Notes: a model not told the origin generated them from the letters alone. A stretch of 54,570 nucleotides of DNA from a virus (IMGVR_UViG_3300036851_000237:1-54570); one strand, 5' to 3'. Counted from the first letter of the stretch, positions 36,755 through 45,967 are shown. Numbers and translations: made by a program.

Positions 36755-37122
36755 TCGTCCAGACGCGCCCCCTGGTGAATGCAAAGACTCCGCTGGAGAG
36801 CGTGCCGCGCGACTGGCTGAAATACATCGAGCCCTTTGTCGCCCGCCGCGGCTTCGAACCGTGTTGGATTTGGTGCCAGATGGTCGATATGAACGGCTAT
36901 CCAACGGCCACGATCAATAAAAAGCAGCTTAACGTTCGCACCTTCATCGCGAAGATGTTTTGGGAGTTGCCGGACCGAACGCGCATCTCAATGACGTGCG
37001 AGCGCCGGAACTGCATCAACCCGCATCACTTTGTCTTCAACCTCCCTGGTGGCCGCCGTCGCCGCGCCAGGGTGACTTTTAACCATGGAAAGGTCATTGA
37101 ACCGGCCGAGCCGGCGGCATAG
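36751..37122 (+). CDS. Degenerate HNH (His-Me finger) protein
   Basis: CWIW...NGYP...TCERRNCINPHH. Confidence 0.6.
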   Translation: MIVQTRPLVNAKTPLESVPRDWLKYIEPFVARRGFEPCWIWCQMVDMNGYPTATINKKQLNVRTFIAKMFWELPDRTRISMTCERRNCINPHHFVFNLPGGRRRRARVTFNHGKVIEPAEPAA

Positions 37123-37165
37123 CCTTAGAGTTGTACCGATAACCGATAACCCACGGAGTTAACGA

Positions 37166-37588
37166 ATGGCTAACCAGATCATCATACAGTTGACCAGCGC
37201 AATTTCCGGTGCGCCTGGGGACATGCTCTACATCGACAAGCAAAGCGGAAGTGCCTACGTGGTGCCGAGCGTCGTGCTCGAAAAAGTCATCGAAAAGAAA
37301 CTCGGGTCGTTTGTGAACGGCCACACGCCGAAACGAGTGGCGGGCCTTTCCAAAGCGGAGAACTTCCGCAACGACGTCTACAAAATGATTTGTGCTCGGC
37401 CGGGCATCCTCGGGGGAGAGATCGGTGAGAAACTACTCGGCCCGCACTACAAAAAGAAATACTGGAAGGTCAACGGAGCGCTCGACCATCTGCGGCAAGC
37501 TGGATTCGTCAGCATGGAGCGCAACGGCCGGGGCTTTGCCTATAGCCCAAAGAAAACGCTCCAGATCACGCACGAGAAATCCCAATAA
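37166..37588 (+). CDS. Winged-helix DNA-binding protein
   Basis: PGILGGEIG...VNGALDHLRQAGFV...GFAY. Confidence 0.6.
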   Translation: MANQIIIQLTSAISGAPGDMLYIDKQSGSAYVVPSVVLEKVIEKKLGSFVNGHTPKRVAGLSKAENFRNDVYKMICARPGILGGEIGEKLLGPHYKKKYWKVNGALDHLRQAGFVSMERNGRGFAYSPKKTLQITHEKSQ

Positions 37589-37608
37589 CCAGGACGGAGA
37601 CATAACCC

Positions 37609-37929
37609 ATGGGTATGGACATCCCGCAGCAATTCGTCGGCCGCAAAAAGACCAAGGCGGACCGGAAAGCCTATGAAAAGTGGGTCAAGGACCGCAAGGC
37701 AGCGGCGCGCGAGACGGCAACCGAAATGGTCGCCAAGCTCGTAACCGAGGCCGGCGGCGATATCTTCAAAAGCCGGGACCGGGGCGACAAGCTGTCACAC
37801 ATCGCGATTCAGTGCGGGCTTTCGCCGAGCACGCTGACCAATCTGTCAGACGGGATCACACGCAATCCGCACGCGCGGACTCTGCAATCCATCGCGAACT
37901 ACAACAAAAAGAAATTTGGCTTCGGGTGA
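37609..37929 (+). CDS. XRE-family HTH protein
   Basis: LSHIAIQCGLSPSTLTNLSDGITRNPHARTLQSIA. Confidence 0.75.
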   Translation: MGMDIPQQFVGRKKTKADRKAYEKWVKDRKAAARETATEMVAKLVTEAGGDIFKSRDRGDKLSHIAIQCGLSPSTLTNLSDGITRNPHARTLQSIANYNKKKFGFG

Positions 37930-38008
37930 GGGTGGGGGCTCGGGATCGGCTGTCGTCGATCCCGAGCCACCCTGGAGCGGGTGCGCGGGGGGAAGTCCCT
38001 ACACCCGC
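37929..38008. terminator. Long hairpin plus a second hairpin at the convergence of two operons
   Basis: GGCTCGGGATCGGC-TGTC-GTCGATCCCGAGCC closed by AGGGT/ACCCT; second stem GCGGGTG/CACCCGC. Confidence 0.55.
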
Positions 38009-38043
38009 CTGTCGCCTGCCGTGAAGCGCGGCGACCCATCGAT

Positions 38044-38280
38044 CTAACCAGAACCCCGGCCGGGCGGCAAGCCGCCTTGGGCCTTCACGCATGCGGGGCA
38101 AATATCGCGTCCCCGCGTATGTCTCCACCCACGCATGCTCGCTTCATCGTGTAGCATTCCGCGCCCGGCCAGCATGGCGCTGCAGGTGTTACGGACCAGA
38201 GTCATCGGCCCCTCGTTCCGGCTCGACAGGCATTCCTCTGCCGTTCTTGCATCGCAGCGGAGTTCAATCCAGATAGCCAT
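38044..38280 (-). CDS. Small zinc-binding hypothetical protein
   Basis: LRCD...EC...RGW...DICPAC. Confidence 0.55.
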   Translation of the reverse strand: MAIWIELRCDARTAEECLSSRNEGPMTLVRNTCSAMLAGRGMLHDEASMRGWRHTRGRDICPACVKAQGGLPPGRGSG

Positions 38281-38329
38281 TTTGGGCGAGACTCGCTGTA
38301 AGAGAGTGGCGAACAGTGCGGGAACGTGG

Positions 38330-38460
38330 CTGGAAAACGACTTTGCAAGCTGCTGTTTTTATTATCTTTCCAAATTTTTGTCGATTACTGAGCTAGTGCT
38401 TGATTCCAACGGCTTACGCGCCGTTTTCCCATCGTTTTCCAAATCGCGTTTTCCGGCGCG
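38330..38460. mobile_element. Putative attP region with integrase arm-type repeats
   Basis: AT-rich gap downstream of int; CGTTTTCC at 38422, 38433 and 38447, inverted copy at 38332. Confidence 0.55.
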
Positions 38461-38462
38461 AC

Positions 38463-39515
38463 TCAGGCCGATTTGACAAGCTGGAGCACGGGGGCGCCGC
38501 CCGACAGATAGCGGTCGAGCGTGGTGTAGGCGTTCATGCTGAGATTGCGCGTGCGGGCGATGTAGGCGCGGCCCATCTTGACCTTTTCGCCAAACGAATG
38601 GCCCATGATCACCGCCGCTTCGACTTCGGTGCAGCGCGCCTCCTGCAACAGCGTGTCGAGCGTGCCGCGCAGATCGTGGAAATGCAGATCATCGTCAATG
38701 CCGGCGTCGAGCATCGCCTGCCCGAGCTGCTTGGAGATGTTGGCTTGCGTCCAGGCGATCCCGGTTTCGGTCGTGAGCAAAGGATCATCCTTGCCGCCGC
38801 GCGGCAGGCTCGCCATCAATTCGCGGAGCGGCGTCAGCGCGAACAAGGGCAGATGCACCACGGCGCCGGTCTTGCGCGCCGTTTTCTGCGGCTTGTAGAC
38901 CAGCCATTCGCCATCGAACTGCCCCCAGGTCAGGGCGCACAGATCGCCGACACGGCAACCCGTGAATTTGGCGAAGCGCAGCAGCCGCCCAAATTCCGGC
39001 TTCGCTTCGGCCAGCAGCCGATCAAACAGCGCATCGGCCCAGATGCACCCGGATCGGCTCGCCGCCTTGGCATCGCGCAGATGCTTGAGGCCGATGGCGC
39101 GGTTGTCCTCGATATGACCCTGATCGTCGGCCCAGGCGAGCAAGGCGCGCAGATGCGCCATCATCATGTCGGCGCGCGCGGGCGTGGCCTGGAATTTATT
39201 GCGCAGCTCGTAGAACTCGGCGCGCGCGCTCTTGGCCTCCAGCTCGGCGCGCGACATCCAGCCCAGCTCATCCTCGATGATCGTCAGATATTGGCGCTTC
39301 TGATAGCGGGTGTTTTCAGCGAGGCGGTTGAACTCGGGGCTTTTCACATAGCCCTCGATGAGCGTCCGCAGAAAGGCGCGCTGGGTGGCAACATACTGGC
39401 GTTGCCGCGCCGCGGCCCGGTCGTAGTGGTAGGCCTTAACGTCCCCGTTCGCCAGCGTCCGGCGGACGGTCTTCACGGCGCTGGTGGCGCGCGTGCCATT
39501 TGCGTTTGCGCTCAT
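38463..39515 (-). CDS. int: Tyrosine integrase
   Basis: FTGCRVGDL, KPQKT, FHDLRGT, IMGHS, catalytic Y in RAYI. Confidence 0.93.
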   Translation of the reverse strand: MSANANGTRATSAVKTVRRTLANGDVKAYHYDRAAARQRQYVATQRAFLRTLIEGYVKSPEFNRLAENTRYQKRQYLTIIEDELGWMSRAELEAKSARAEFYELRNKFQATPARADMMMAHLRALLAWADDQGHIEDNRAIGLKHLRDAKAASRSGCIWADALFDRLLAEAKPEFGRLLRFAKFTGCRVGDLCALTWGQFDGEWLVYKPQKTARKTGAVVHLPLFALTPLRELMASLPRGGKDDPLLTTETGIAWTQANISKQLGQAMLDAGIDDDLHFHDLRGTLDTLLQEARCTEVEAAVIMGHSFGEKVKMGRAYIARTRNLSMNAYTTLDRYLSGGAPVLQLVKSA

Positions 39516-39750
39516 CTCGGCTTCCCTCCAAGAGTTCGACCCCGACAGTCAACCGTAAGTCGAAAATCCTGTCAAGTGCTTGTTTATCCCACAAAACCCG
39601 GCGCGTGCGGCGCAACGGGAAGGGCTTGGGGAAGGTGCCGGCCGCAACCTCTAGGTCGAACTGGCTGGGCGACAGGCCGACGTAATCGGCGGCCTGTTCG
39701 CGGCTCATCAGGCGCGGCAAATGGCCGGCGCGCGGTGGGGTGTCGCTCAT
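39436..39750 (-). CDS. xis: Excisionase / AlpA-like HTH protein
   Basis: LMSREQAADYVGLS...GTFPKP...VLWD; overlaps the int start. Confidence 0.75.
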   Translation of the reverse strand: MSDTPPRAGHLPRLMSREQAADYVGLSPSQFDLEVAAGTFPKPFPLRRTRRVLWDKQALDRIFDLRLTVGVELLEGSRDERKRKWHARHQRREDRPPDAGERGR

Positions 39751-40034
39751 TGCCAGATCACCTTGCCGCCCGGCAGCATCCTGCGCTGCGCCGGCCAGCG
39801 TACCGCGAGGCCGCACACGACGATCTCCATCCACACTTCCGGGTCATCGGCCACGCGGATGATCTCCAGCGGCGTGCCCACCGCGCCGGTCAGAACGACG
39901 TGCATCTGCGCGACGGCACCCAGGAAGCGCATGCCGTCGTCATGGCTCGCCAGATGAATCGCGGCCGGCGCACTCAGCCCGAGGCGGCGGAACTCGCGGT
40001 TGATGAGGGGTATGATGTCGAGAACATCGCTCAC
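39747..40034 (-). CDS. Hypothetical protein
   Basis: GTGA/ATGA coupled. Confidence 0.55.
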   Translation of the reverse strand: MSDVLDIIPLINREFRRLGLSAPAAIHLASHDDGMRFLGAVAQMHVVLTGAVGTPLEIIRVADDPEVWMEIVVCGLAVRWPAQRRMLPGGKVIWQ

Positions 40035-40363
40035 GCACTGCCGGCGGGATCGCCCGCGGCGAGCGCGCAGACCTGATCGGACTCGCGCGCGAGTTCGGCC
40101 AGCGCTTCCATGTTCTGCGCAATGAAGACGTCGACCGTGTGCATGACGGCGTAGCGCAACGTCACGTCCGATGCCTTGACGCGCACCAGCAGCTCGCACA
40201 ATTCGCCCGCCAGCACCATGGATATCGCGTTGACGGCGCCGTTGACTTGTTCGACATCGGCGGCATCGACCTCATCGACGAACTCAGTCTTGATGGCCCG
40301 CCGGATCGCGCGGCTCAAATTGTCGCAGCGCTGCTGCCTTGCCTCATCACTCAGCCGCGCCAT
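40031..40363 (-). CDS. Hypothetical protein
   Basis: AAGGAG RBS. Confidence 0.6.
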   Translation of the reverse strand: MARLSDEARQQRCDNLSRAIRRAIKTEFVDEVDAADVEQVNGAVNAISMVLAGELCELLVRVKASDVTLRYAVMHTVDVFIAQNMEALAELARESDQVCALAAGDPAGSA

Positions 40364-40655
40364 AGACGTACTCCTTCAAAAATTCGCGATGGGCCTGGAT
40401 CGCGATCTTGGCGAGATCGCGATAGTAGCCGCGCACATGCTGCGGCTGCGCCTGCCAATAGCCGAGCGTGGTGGCCGCGCGCGAGTTGAACATCGCCTTG
40501 GCCATGGTTTCGATTTCCAGCTCGGTGATCTCGCGCTCGCACTCGGCGACCATGATCTTGGCGACCAGCTTGCGATCACTCGCGGAGGGATCGCCGTTTA
40601 GCCCCATCGATTCGAGCAGCAGGCGGGCCGGTCGGTCGAGGGTATCGGTGCTCAT
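40347..40655 (-). CDS. Hypothetical protein
   Basis: Packed in the leftward operon. Confidence 0.55.
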   Translation of the reverse strand: MSTDTLDRPARLLLESMGLNGDPSASDRKLVAKIMVAECEREITELEIETMAKAMFNSRAATTLGYWQAQPQHVRGYYRDLAKIAIQAHREFLKEYVYGAAE

Positions 40656-40657
40656 GG

Positions 40658-41353
40658 CTACGCCGCCTTGCCCAGCAATTTGCTGTCGATCAGCTCGACG
40701 CGCTTTTTGGCGTCATCGATGCGGGTGGTGAGGGTTGACAATTGGGCGAGGACTTTTTCGCATTCCGCCTCCAGGCCGGCGAGAAAGCCGCGCAGCTCGG
40801 TGATCTCGGGATGCACGCGGATCGGGCCGAACGCCTCTTCGCGGATGGACATGATCGCCGCGCGCGGCTCGTTGACCTCATCGGCAATGCGCTGATCGTG
40901 CCAGCCCGCCGTGTAGGTGCCCTTGTCGGCATCGAAATGGGATTCCAGCAGGTCCATGATCTTGCGGACCTTGGCCATCGGCGGCGGCGCTTTGTTATCC
41001 ACGGCGATTTTCTCCAGCTTGGAATCTTTCGGGATGATCACGGACATTGGCAGCGGGGGCGATGGCCGCGGCGGCGGCGCGATCTGCGGCGGCGGCGTGT
41101 CATAGATGGCGCTCGGCTTGATCGGCGGCGCCGCGCGGCACGCATCGCAATCCCATTGGTGCCGGCCGCGCCAGCGCCAGCCCTGGCGCTCCGCGTTCTG
41201 GATCACCTTTTCGGGCGGCATGTTGCGCCGCAGCCGCATGTCGAGCGTTCGCCCGCAGTCGCACTTGACCGTGCCGACGAAAAACCGCCGGCCCGCATCC
41301 ATGCCGGTGCCGATGCTGTACGCTTCGAACATGCCTTTGCGATCAGCGCCCAT
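40658..41353 (-). CDS. Zinc-ribbon plus HTH prophage protein
   Basis: CDCG...GW...CDAC; Pro-rich linker; GWHDQRIA...IREEAFG. Confidence 0.7.
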   Translation of the reverse strand: MGADRKGMFEAYSIGTGMDAGRRFFVGTVKCDCGRTLDMRLRRNMPPEKVIQNAERQGWRWRGRHQWDCDACRAAPPIKPSAIYDTPPPQIAPPPRPSPPLPMSVIIPKDSKLEKIAVDNKAPPPMAKVRKIMDLLESHFDADKGTYTAGWHDQRIADEVNEPRAAIMSIREEAFGPIRVHPEITELRGFLAGLEAECEKVLAQLSTLTTRIDDAKKRVELIDSKLLGKAA

Positions 41354-41567
41354 CGTCCAGCTCCGGGGCCAGCTCGATAAGGCGCGCGCGATGCTTTTCC
41401 ACCCACTTGAGAGTCGCGAGCGCGCCTTTCATCGCGGCCAAACGTTCGTCCGCTTCGGCCTGGGTGTACTTGGCCTGGGCCACCCATGTTGGAAACACGC
41501 GCACCCGCATGTCGATCTCGCGCGACACTTCCGCGATCTGCCGGGCGAGATCGACGTGCTCGCTCAT
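41343..41567 (-). CDS. Phage hypothetical protein
   Basis: QIAEVSREIDMRVRVFP.WV motif. Confidence 0.7.
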   Translation of the reverse strand: MSEHVDLARQIAEVSREIDMRVRVFPTWVAQAKYTQAEADERLAAMKGALATLKWVEKHRARLIELAPELDDGR

Positions 41568-42025
41568 TCGATGTCACCCGCGGCGCTCGCCTTCACCAGC
41601 TCAAACAGGCGGCGGCGAATCTTGCGGTCGGGGATGTTGTAATAGGCGGTGATCAGCGCTTTCGTCTCTGACTTGATCAGCGGGTCATGCACGAAATTGT
41701 TGTTGACCGCAAACGCTTGCTTGCGCTCCGCGACCGCCTGCGGCAAGCCCTCGAAAAAATACGCAATCGAGACGTCGAGCGCGGCTGTCATGTCGAAGAG
41801 GCGCGAGGCGCCAACGCGATTCTTGCCGCGCTCGTATTTCTGGATTTGCTGGAAGGTGAGCCCCAGAAGGTCGCCCAACTTTTCCTGACTCATCTCAAGT
41901 TGCTGCCGGCGCGCGCGCATCCGCGCGCCGACATGAATGTCAACCGGGTCCGGGTTGCCGGTGCCCCGGCCGTATTTCGTTTTTTTGGTGTTACGCGATG
42001 GGCGCGGCGCTGACGGAACTGACAT
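41564..42025 (-). CDS. XRE-family regulator of alphaproteobacterial type
   Basis: DIHVGARMRARR...SQEKLG..LGLTFQQIQKYERGKNRVGASRL. Confidence 0.9.
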   Translation of the reverse strand: MSVPSAPRPSRNTKKTKYGRGTGNPDPVDIHVGARMRARRQQLEMSQEKLGDLLGLTFQQIQKYERGKNRVGASRLFDMTAALDVSIAYFFEGLPQAVAERKQAFAVNNNFVHDPLIKSETKALITAYYNIPDRKIRRRLFELVKASAAGDIE

Positions 42026-42371
42026 GGCTATTGTTCCCCTGATTATCGGATTGCCAACGGCGGTACGTGCGGCGGACGAGACTCTTGAACAATTCGAACC
42101 ACCAGAGCGGGCCAGGGTTCGCCTCCTGGTCGCTATGGCAGCGGTGGCACAACGGGACCACCAGATCATCGGACGGCTTCAACGATACACCCCCTTCAAG
42201 CCCAGCGCGAATATGTGCCCCGACGACTGTACCATCGCGGGCACCACATTTGAGGCACGAGCGTTCGCCCTGCACGCGCCGCCATGCGTCATCGCGCACG
42301 CGCGGCGGCTCCCCGAAGGGCAGCGCGGATTTGTCAATCCGCCCGTAGGTGCGGCCCTTGGGCAAAAGCAT
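41991..42371 (-). CDS. DUF968/DUF1364-like zinc HNH-type nuclease
   Basis: CLKCG...AHIR...KPSD..VVPLCHRCH. Confidence 0.7.
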   Translation of the reverse strand: MLLPKGRTYGRIDKSALPFGEPPRVRDDAWRRVQGERSCLKCGARDGTVVGAHIRAGLEGGVSLKPSDDLVVPLCHRCHSDQEANPGPLWWFELFKSLVRRTYRRWQSDNQGNNSHVSSVSAAPIA

Positions 42372-42616
42372 TAGGCGAGCCCTTTGGGTGATGAATGGCA
42401 ATACCAACCACGGAGACGGCGCAGCCCATCGAGGATGAGTTTGATGTCCCGTTTCGGCACATTGGTTTTCGCATGCAGCAGAATCGTGATGGCTTCTTCA
42501 TTCAGCCCGCTCTTGCGCAGGCTGTCGGCGGCCTCCCCAATTTTGATGATCGCCGCCGCTAGAACTTCCTTGGGTTCCGGGTTCACCGCGTCTTTTACAA
42601 CTGTGAACTTAGTCAT
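42371..42616 (-). CDS. Hypothetical protein
   Basis: Coupled ORF. Confidence 0.6.
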   Translation of the reverse strand: MTKFTVVKDAVNPEPKEVLAAAIIKIGEAADSLRKSGLNEEAITILLHAKTNVPKRDIKLILDGLRRLRGWYCHSSPKGLA

Positions 42617-43589
42617 TTTTTGCGCCCTTTTTGAGATGCGCGCGCTTGTCGCGCAGGCGGCGATTGACCTGACCGGCGTAGACGGGCGGGGCGCTTTCGA
42701 GAGTCCCCTTGATCCGCTCGGCCAGCTCGTCGAGATAGGGGGGCGTCGTCACGCCATCGATCTCATCGCACACGCCCGCCGCCCATGGCCCCCAATCGTC
42801 GGGCGGCGCGGCGGCCGAGGCCGCCGGCATGGTTTCGGCGGCGGCAGGCTCGGCCTGCGGCGCCCCGAAGTCAGGCCGAACCATGATCGGCATCTCGGGC
42901 TTGTGCTCGATCCGGGGCGCGTCATCGAGAAACGACGTCTCGGCTTTGCGCTCGACCGGCGGCGGCATGTCCTGGACCTCTTCGGCGATGCCCAGCCCAT
43001 TCAGGTGGTCGGCGAAGCCGTCGCGCAGTGGCATCGCGCGCGCGCGGTTAAAAAGCATCCGGGCGGGGTAGAGAATCCACGGCTGCTTGGATGTGTTGCC
43101 CCACAACTTCGCCCGCTTGGCATCACCAATCGAGAACTCGCCGCGATAGGGGACGTCCTGGCCGCGGCGCTTGATCTCGACCACATGCTTGTAATCGTCG
43201 CTGCCCCAGGTGCCCTCGGTCCATTTCTTCATCCACTCAATCGAGCCGCTGCGCTGGCAGAGCGCCACGGCGCCATCACCCCAGATGCAGGCGCGATTGT
43301 TGATGATCATGATGGTGGCGAGCGCCGTCACCGGCCCCATGCCGCATTCGAGGCCCTTCATGATGCCGATGGCGACCTTGCCGCGATTGGGCACGCGCTG
43401 GCCGCTCTCGTCCTTGTCGCTGTAGGAGTCCGGCACCATGTTCGCGGCGATGTAGATGCCGGCGAGCCGCCAGACCTCTTCGATGCTGCGCGGGATGATG
43501 CCGAGAATATCCTCGCCCGCCTTGAGCGAGGAATACGCGGCCGGCAGATCGCTGGGCATCGTCTGTTGCTGTGCCGCGTCGGTCATCAC
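42609..43589 (-). CDS. recT: RecT-like single-strand annealing protein
   Basis: IMKGLECGMGP...INNRACIWG...PW..YPARML..RAR...RDGFADHLNGL..AEE. Confidence 0.8.
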   Translation of the reverse strand: MMTDAAQQQTMPSDLPAAYSSLKAGEDILGIIPRSIEEVWRLAGIYIAANMVPDSYSDKDESGQRVPNRGKVAIGIMKGLECGMGPVTALATIMIINNRACIWGDGAVALCQRSGSIEWMKKWTEGTWGSDDYKHVVEIKRRGQDVPYRGEFSIGDAKRAKLWGNTSKQPWILYPARMLFNRARAMPLRDGFADHLNGLGIAEEVQDMPPPVERKAETSFLDDAPRIEHKPEMPIMVRPDFGAPQAEPAAAETMPAASAAAPPDDWGPWAAGVCDEIDGVTTPPYLDELAERIKGTLESAPPVYAGQVNRRLRDKRAHLKKGAKND

Positions 43590-43590
43590 A

Positions 43591-44727
43591 TCACTCCGAA
43601 ATAAACTGCGGGAAGTCGCTGTCGTCGAACACGTCGATGCCGCTGTTGTCGATCCAGGGATCGGTGCCGAAGTGTTTCAGGCATTCAAGAAACCGCCGCT
43701 GGCCCTCACGCATCGCCGTCACGCCTATATCGAACGTCAGGTTGCGCGGCAGGATTTTTCCCTTCGCCAGGGGCGCGATTCCTTTCTGCTGAAACACAAA
43801 CATGAATTGCTGGTCGGTTGCCGTTGAAACGGCGTCCAAAAACTCAGCGGACACCGTTCCTGCGACGTGCCCGGCACGGATCAAGCGCGGGAGTTGCAAC
43901 ACGCCTTCCGTGTAGACCGCCGCTTGAATATGGTATTTACGTTCGGCCATTGCGAAAGCAATGGCCCGGTCAATCGACATGCCGCGTTTGTTGGCGAAGG
44001 TCTTCAAATCGACCATGGCGCGCGGCTTCAAATAGTCGATGCGGATTTTCATCGGCACGCCGGTTTCCGCGTCATACCAGCAGATCGTGACCTCGGGCAT
44101 GCCGCCCGTGAACGCCTTGCACAGCAGCGGGTGGCGCTCGATCATCGCCGCCGCGATCTCGATGCGCTTGATCAAGTCGCCATCCAGCAGGGTCTTGTCG
44201 GCATGCAGGGCCGCGTAGTCCTCGACGATGCGATCCCAGATTTTGGCGCGCGGCTCGACCATCAGCAGCCGCGCAATCAGCTCGTCCTTGGCGCCGCCGA
44301 CCTTCTGGCCGTGCTGGCGCAGCGCCTCCTTGAGATCGTCCATGGTGCGCAGCACGCCCTTGTGATCGGCGAGGTCGAGCTTGGGCGCGTAGGAGCGATA
44401 GAACGCCACGCTGCCCTCGACGATGCGGCTGTGATAGGCGCGGCCGATCAGCTTAGCCTCGCTGTCCTCGTATTCCTTGACCGGCGCCATCCACGAGCGC
44501 GCCCAGAAATCCATGGGCGAGATCAGCAGATTCTTGATGCCGGTGTTCGAAAGCGCGCGCATCGCGTGATAGGTGTCGTCGCGCATGCCGAAAAACACGC
44601 CCTCGGCGAAGCCTTCCAGCTCGACGCGCGGGACTTCCGGGGTCTGGTTTTCGAGGATATTGAGTTCGAAAACTTCGGGGCCGCTGGGGAAAACATCCGG
44701 GGCGGGCTCGGTCTGCGGTTCGCTCAA
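43591..44727 (-). CDS. recE: RecE / exonuclease VIII-like PD-(D/E)XK nuclease with inserted SAP motif
   Basis: YHA...LSNTGIK...GRAYH...KIRIDYL...VDLKT...YHIQAAVY; TTG start after GGAGG. Confidence 0.8.
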   Translation of the reverse strand: MSEPQTEPAPDVFPSGPEVFELNILENQTPEVPRVELEGFAEGVFFGMRDDTYHAMRALSNTGIKNLLISPMDFWARSWMAPVKEYEDSEAKLIGRAYHSRIVEGSVAFYRSYAPKLDLADHKGVLRTMDDLKEALRQHGQKVGGAKDELIARLLMVEPRAKIWDRIVEDYAALHADKTLLDGDLIKRIEIAAAMIERHPLLCKAFTGGMPEVTICWYDAETGVPMKIRIDYLKPRAMVDLKTFANKRGMSIDRAIAFAMAERKYHIQAAVYTEGVLQLPRLIRAGHVAGTVSAEFLDAVSTATDQQFMFVFQQKGIAPLAKGKILPRNLTFDIGVTAMREGQRRFLECLKHFGTDPWIDNSGIDVFDDSDFPQFISE

Positions 44728-44915
44728 GCGATCCTCCGCACGGCCGGATTTTCGAGCAGCTTGGCGCGGCGCAGATAGTCGGCCTCGATGCGCAGATGCT
44801 CGTCGCGTTCCTTGTCGTTCGGAGCCCGCTTCGCCATTTCGCGGCGCGTGAACGCGGCGCCGATCCACCAGCCCGGCATGCGTTGCAGCCGCTCTAAACA
44901 GCCCTGGCACTTCAT
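44724..44915 (-). CDS. Hypothetical protein
   Basis: Coupled ORF. Confidence 0.5.
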   Translation of the reverse strand: MKCQGCLERLQRMPGWWIGAAFTRREMAKRAPNDKERDEHLRIEADYLRRAKLLENPAVRRIA

Positions 44916-45079
44916 GGCTTTTTCTCCGGGGTCAACGATTCCAGCTCGGCGATCACCAATTCGATTCCGCGTTTCAAGACTGCAGTCTTCGACAGCTTGT
45001 AGGGGCCGGCGGTCTGTGCGCGCTCCAGCATCGGCCGCAGCTCGGCCGGCAGCGCGATGTGGACGAGCGGGGCGCTCAT
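44912..45079 (-). CDS. Small ribbon-helix-helix-like protein (55 aa, not in the ORF track)
   Basis: MSAPLVHIALPAELRPMLERAQ...SKTAVLKRGIEL; ATGA overlaps at both ends. Confidence 0.55.
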   Translation of the reverse strand: MSAPLVHIALPAELRPMLERAQTAGPYKLSKTAVLKRGIELVIAELESLTPEKKP

Positions 45080-45348
45080 ATCCGGCACCCCAGCGTTGCC
45101 TCGATTTCCGCTTGCGTGTAGCGCTTGCGTTGCACGTTCTGGAGTTGATTCAGCGCGCTCGCGACGGCGAGCGGCACGGTGTCGCCATAGCCGAAGATCG
45201 GCGGATCGTCAGGGGGGCTCACCCACACATAGAGCCGGTTGTGCGTGATGGTGAGGTTGACGAACAGCCGGTCGTGGGCGATCCCGTAGGCTTTCATCGC
45301 CGCGGCGCGCAGGCCCGCCATCTCGCTCATCATGTCATCCACGTTCAT
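45076..45348 (-). CDS. Hypothetical protein
   Basis: MNVDDMMSEM...; ATGA overlap. Confidence 0.55.
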   Translation of the reverse strand: MNVDDMMSEMAGLRAAAMKAYGIAHDRLFVNLTITHNRLYVWVSPPDDPPIFGYGDTVPLAVASALNQLQNVQRKRYTQAEIEATLGCRI

Positions 45349-45764
45349 GGGCTCAGCGCCTCTATTTTCGGTGACGGGCCGAGGCGCGGATGGCGCTGCC
45401 AGTGATCGCAGACGTAGTAGCTGATCGCGTCGATGCGGCAAATCGAACAGCGCATCTGGCCATTCGACCACCCGGCGCAGGTGAAGCACTTGCGCGCGAT
45501 GCCGTCAGCCTCGCGCTGGTCGTTGTCGGCCTCGCGATAGTGGAGCGCGGCCTTGGGCACGTAACCGGCCTTCTGGTCGTGCCACGCGGCGAGGGTGTTG
45601 CCGGCGAGCCAGGGCGTCATGCGGCATAGCTTCACCAGCAGCGCCTCGGCCTCCAGGTCGCCGATCCGGCCTTGCAGCCAGCGCTCGCGAATCACCGCGT
45701 CGAGGGGCCGGGGATGCCTGTCAAGTAGACTGTTCGCGTCAATTTTGTGTGCGTCGGCGTGCAT
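45345..45764 (-). CDS. Hypothetical protein with C-terminal Cys cluster
   Basis: CFTC...C...CDHW; first gene after the OL-like operators. Confidence 0.55.
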   Translation of the reverse strand: MHADAHKIDANSLLDRHPRPLDAVIRERWLQGRIGDLEAEALLVKLCRMTPWLAGNTLAAWHDQKAGYVPKAALHYREADNDQREADGIARKCFTCAGWSNGQMRCSICRIDAISYYVCDHWQRHPRLGPSPKIEALSP

Positions 45765-45799
45765 GGGGCATCCCGTGATACCCCCCATTGGGAGCACAC

Positions 45800-45843
45800 A
45801 ATCTGCACGACACGCAATGACCAATCTGCATTAGATGCAGTAG
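45800..45843. promoter_or_regulatory. OL-like tandem operators
   Basis: AATCTGC-N7-GCAATGA (45800-45820) and AATCTGC-N7-GCAGTAG (45823-45843). Confidence 0.6.
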
Positions 45844-45967
45844 ATTTCTGGGGATCATTCAAGAATGCGTAATAAACCCGAAGGCTTGCGCCGAGTCGCT
45901 TGCATACGAATGACCCCAGGCGATTCGGGCCCGCGGGGGTCGACTCGGTGCCCGTCTTAACGATTTC

